Origin: Octopus sinensis
Taxonomy: Eukaryota
Reading direction: 5' to 3'
Length of the DNA stretch: 64,000 nucleotides
Assembly (NCBI RefSeq): GCF_006345805.1
Contig: NC_043016.1
Span: forward strand, 31,000,001 to 31,064,000
The translations under genes were made by a program, and so were the position numbers. This document shows positions 63,515 through 64,000 of this stretch, in pieces. The number at the start of each line of letters is the position of its first letter. The first letter of the stretch is position 1. The notes under the pieces were generated by a model. It made no database searches. It saw nothing but the letters and a program-made list of their open reading frames with translations, and was not told where the DNA came from.

Positions 63515-63877
63515 CTAGCAGTATCGCCCGGCGTTGCTCAGGTTTGTAAGGGAAATAACTATAAAGCATTTTTAGAGAGTTATAGCCAAAAAATAGCAAA
63601 AAAATTGAAAAGAAATTATGGTAAATTTTTTTTGAGAGTTAAAAAAGGTGGAGTTGCGTCCCCTAGACGGTCTGTGGTTTGGGTTTCTGATTCTGATTTT
63701 TTTCAGAACTGGGGGAACTTTTCAAAATTTTCGCTGCGTTAGTTTTGAATTATGACATTGGGCTATGTGTGTGTCAAGTTTCATCAGAATCGGTTGAAAG
63801 CCGTGGTCAGAGTGAGGGTACGAGAAAACAGACACACAGAATACGCACAGACAAACTGCCGTTTATATAGAGAGAGA
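63515..63877 (-). mobile_element. Short Helitron with a family E 3' end and a different body
   Basis: ctagcagtatcgcccggcgttgctc ... gtttatatagagagaga|t. Confidence 0.7.
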
Positions 63878-64000
63878 TAGCAATAATAATTCTCTAAACG
63901 AGATATAGACAGTAACTGCTCCATAACAAAAGGGAGATCTCCGCTTCTTCGGGGAATGATCTCCCTTTGCAGGATAGAGGACACCGTGATGGTGTCAGAC

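Overview
AT-rich, repeat-dense eukaryotic DNA. The SINE/LINE repertoire and microsatellite load point to an octopus (coleoid cephalopod) genome, which is an inference. One host gene is recognisable: NECAP (adaptin ear-binding coat-associated protein) on the + strand, with six coding exons between 13516 and 39173. All splice phases join in frame and the protein ends in the diagnostic WVQF-stop; the first coding exon was not found and probably lies upstream of the window. The rest is transposable-element sequence: several tRNA-derived SINE families, RTE/CR1/R4/Hero/Tx1 LINE fragments (one with an unbroken 447-aa RT ORF), decayed Gypsy and Copia elements, Tc1/mariner, hAT, piggyBac-type MITEs, non-autonomous Helitrons (some in a tandem array with cargo) and Penelope-like remnants. 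The most notable signals are: (i) an ~835-bp foldback with a spacer-less centre whose arms each carry a hammerhead-ribozyme core with an unusually long helix II (47356-48190), plus a second, degenerate hammerhead-like foldback (58557-58950); (ii) a strong extra acceptor in NECAP's 14.4-kb intron that is either a recursive AG|GT site or a KWVL-stop short-isoform exon; (iii) a cargo-carrying Helitron tandem array; (iv) an intron-containing tRNA-Met pseudogene. Repeat boundaries were read by eye and are approximate; exon boundaries were counted to the base.
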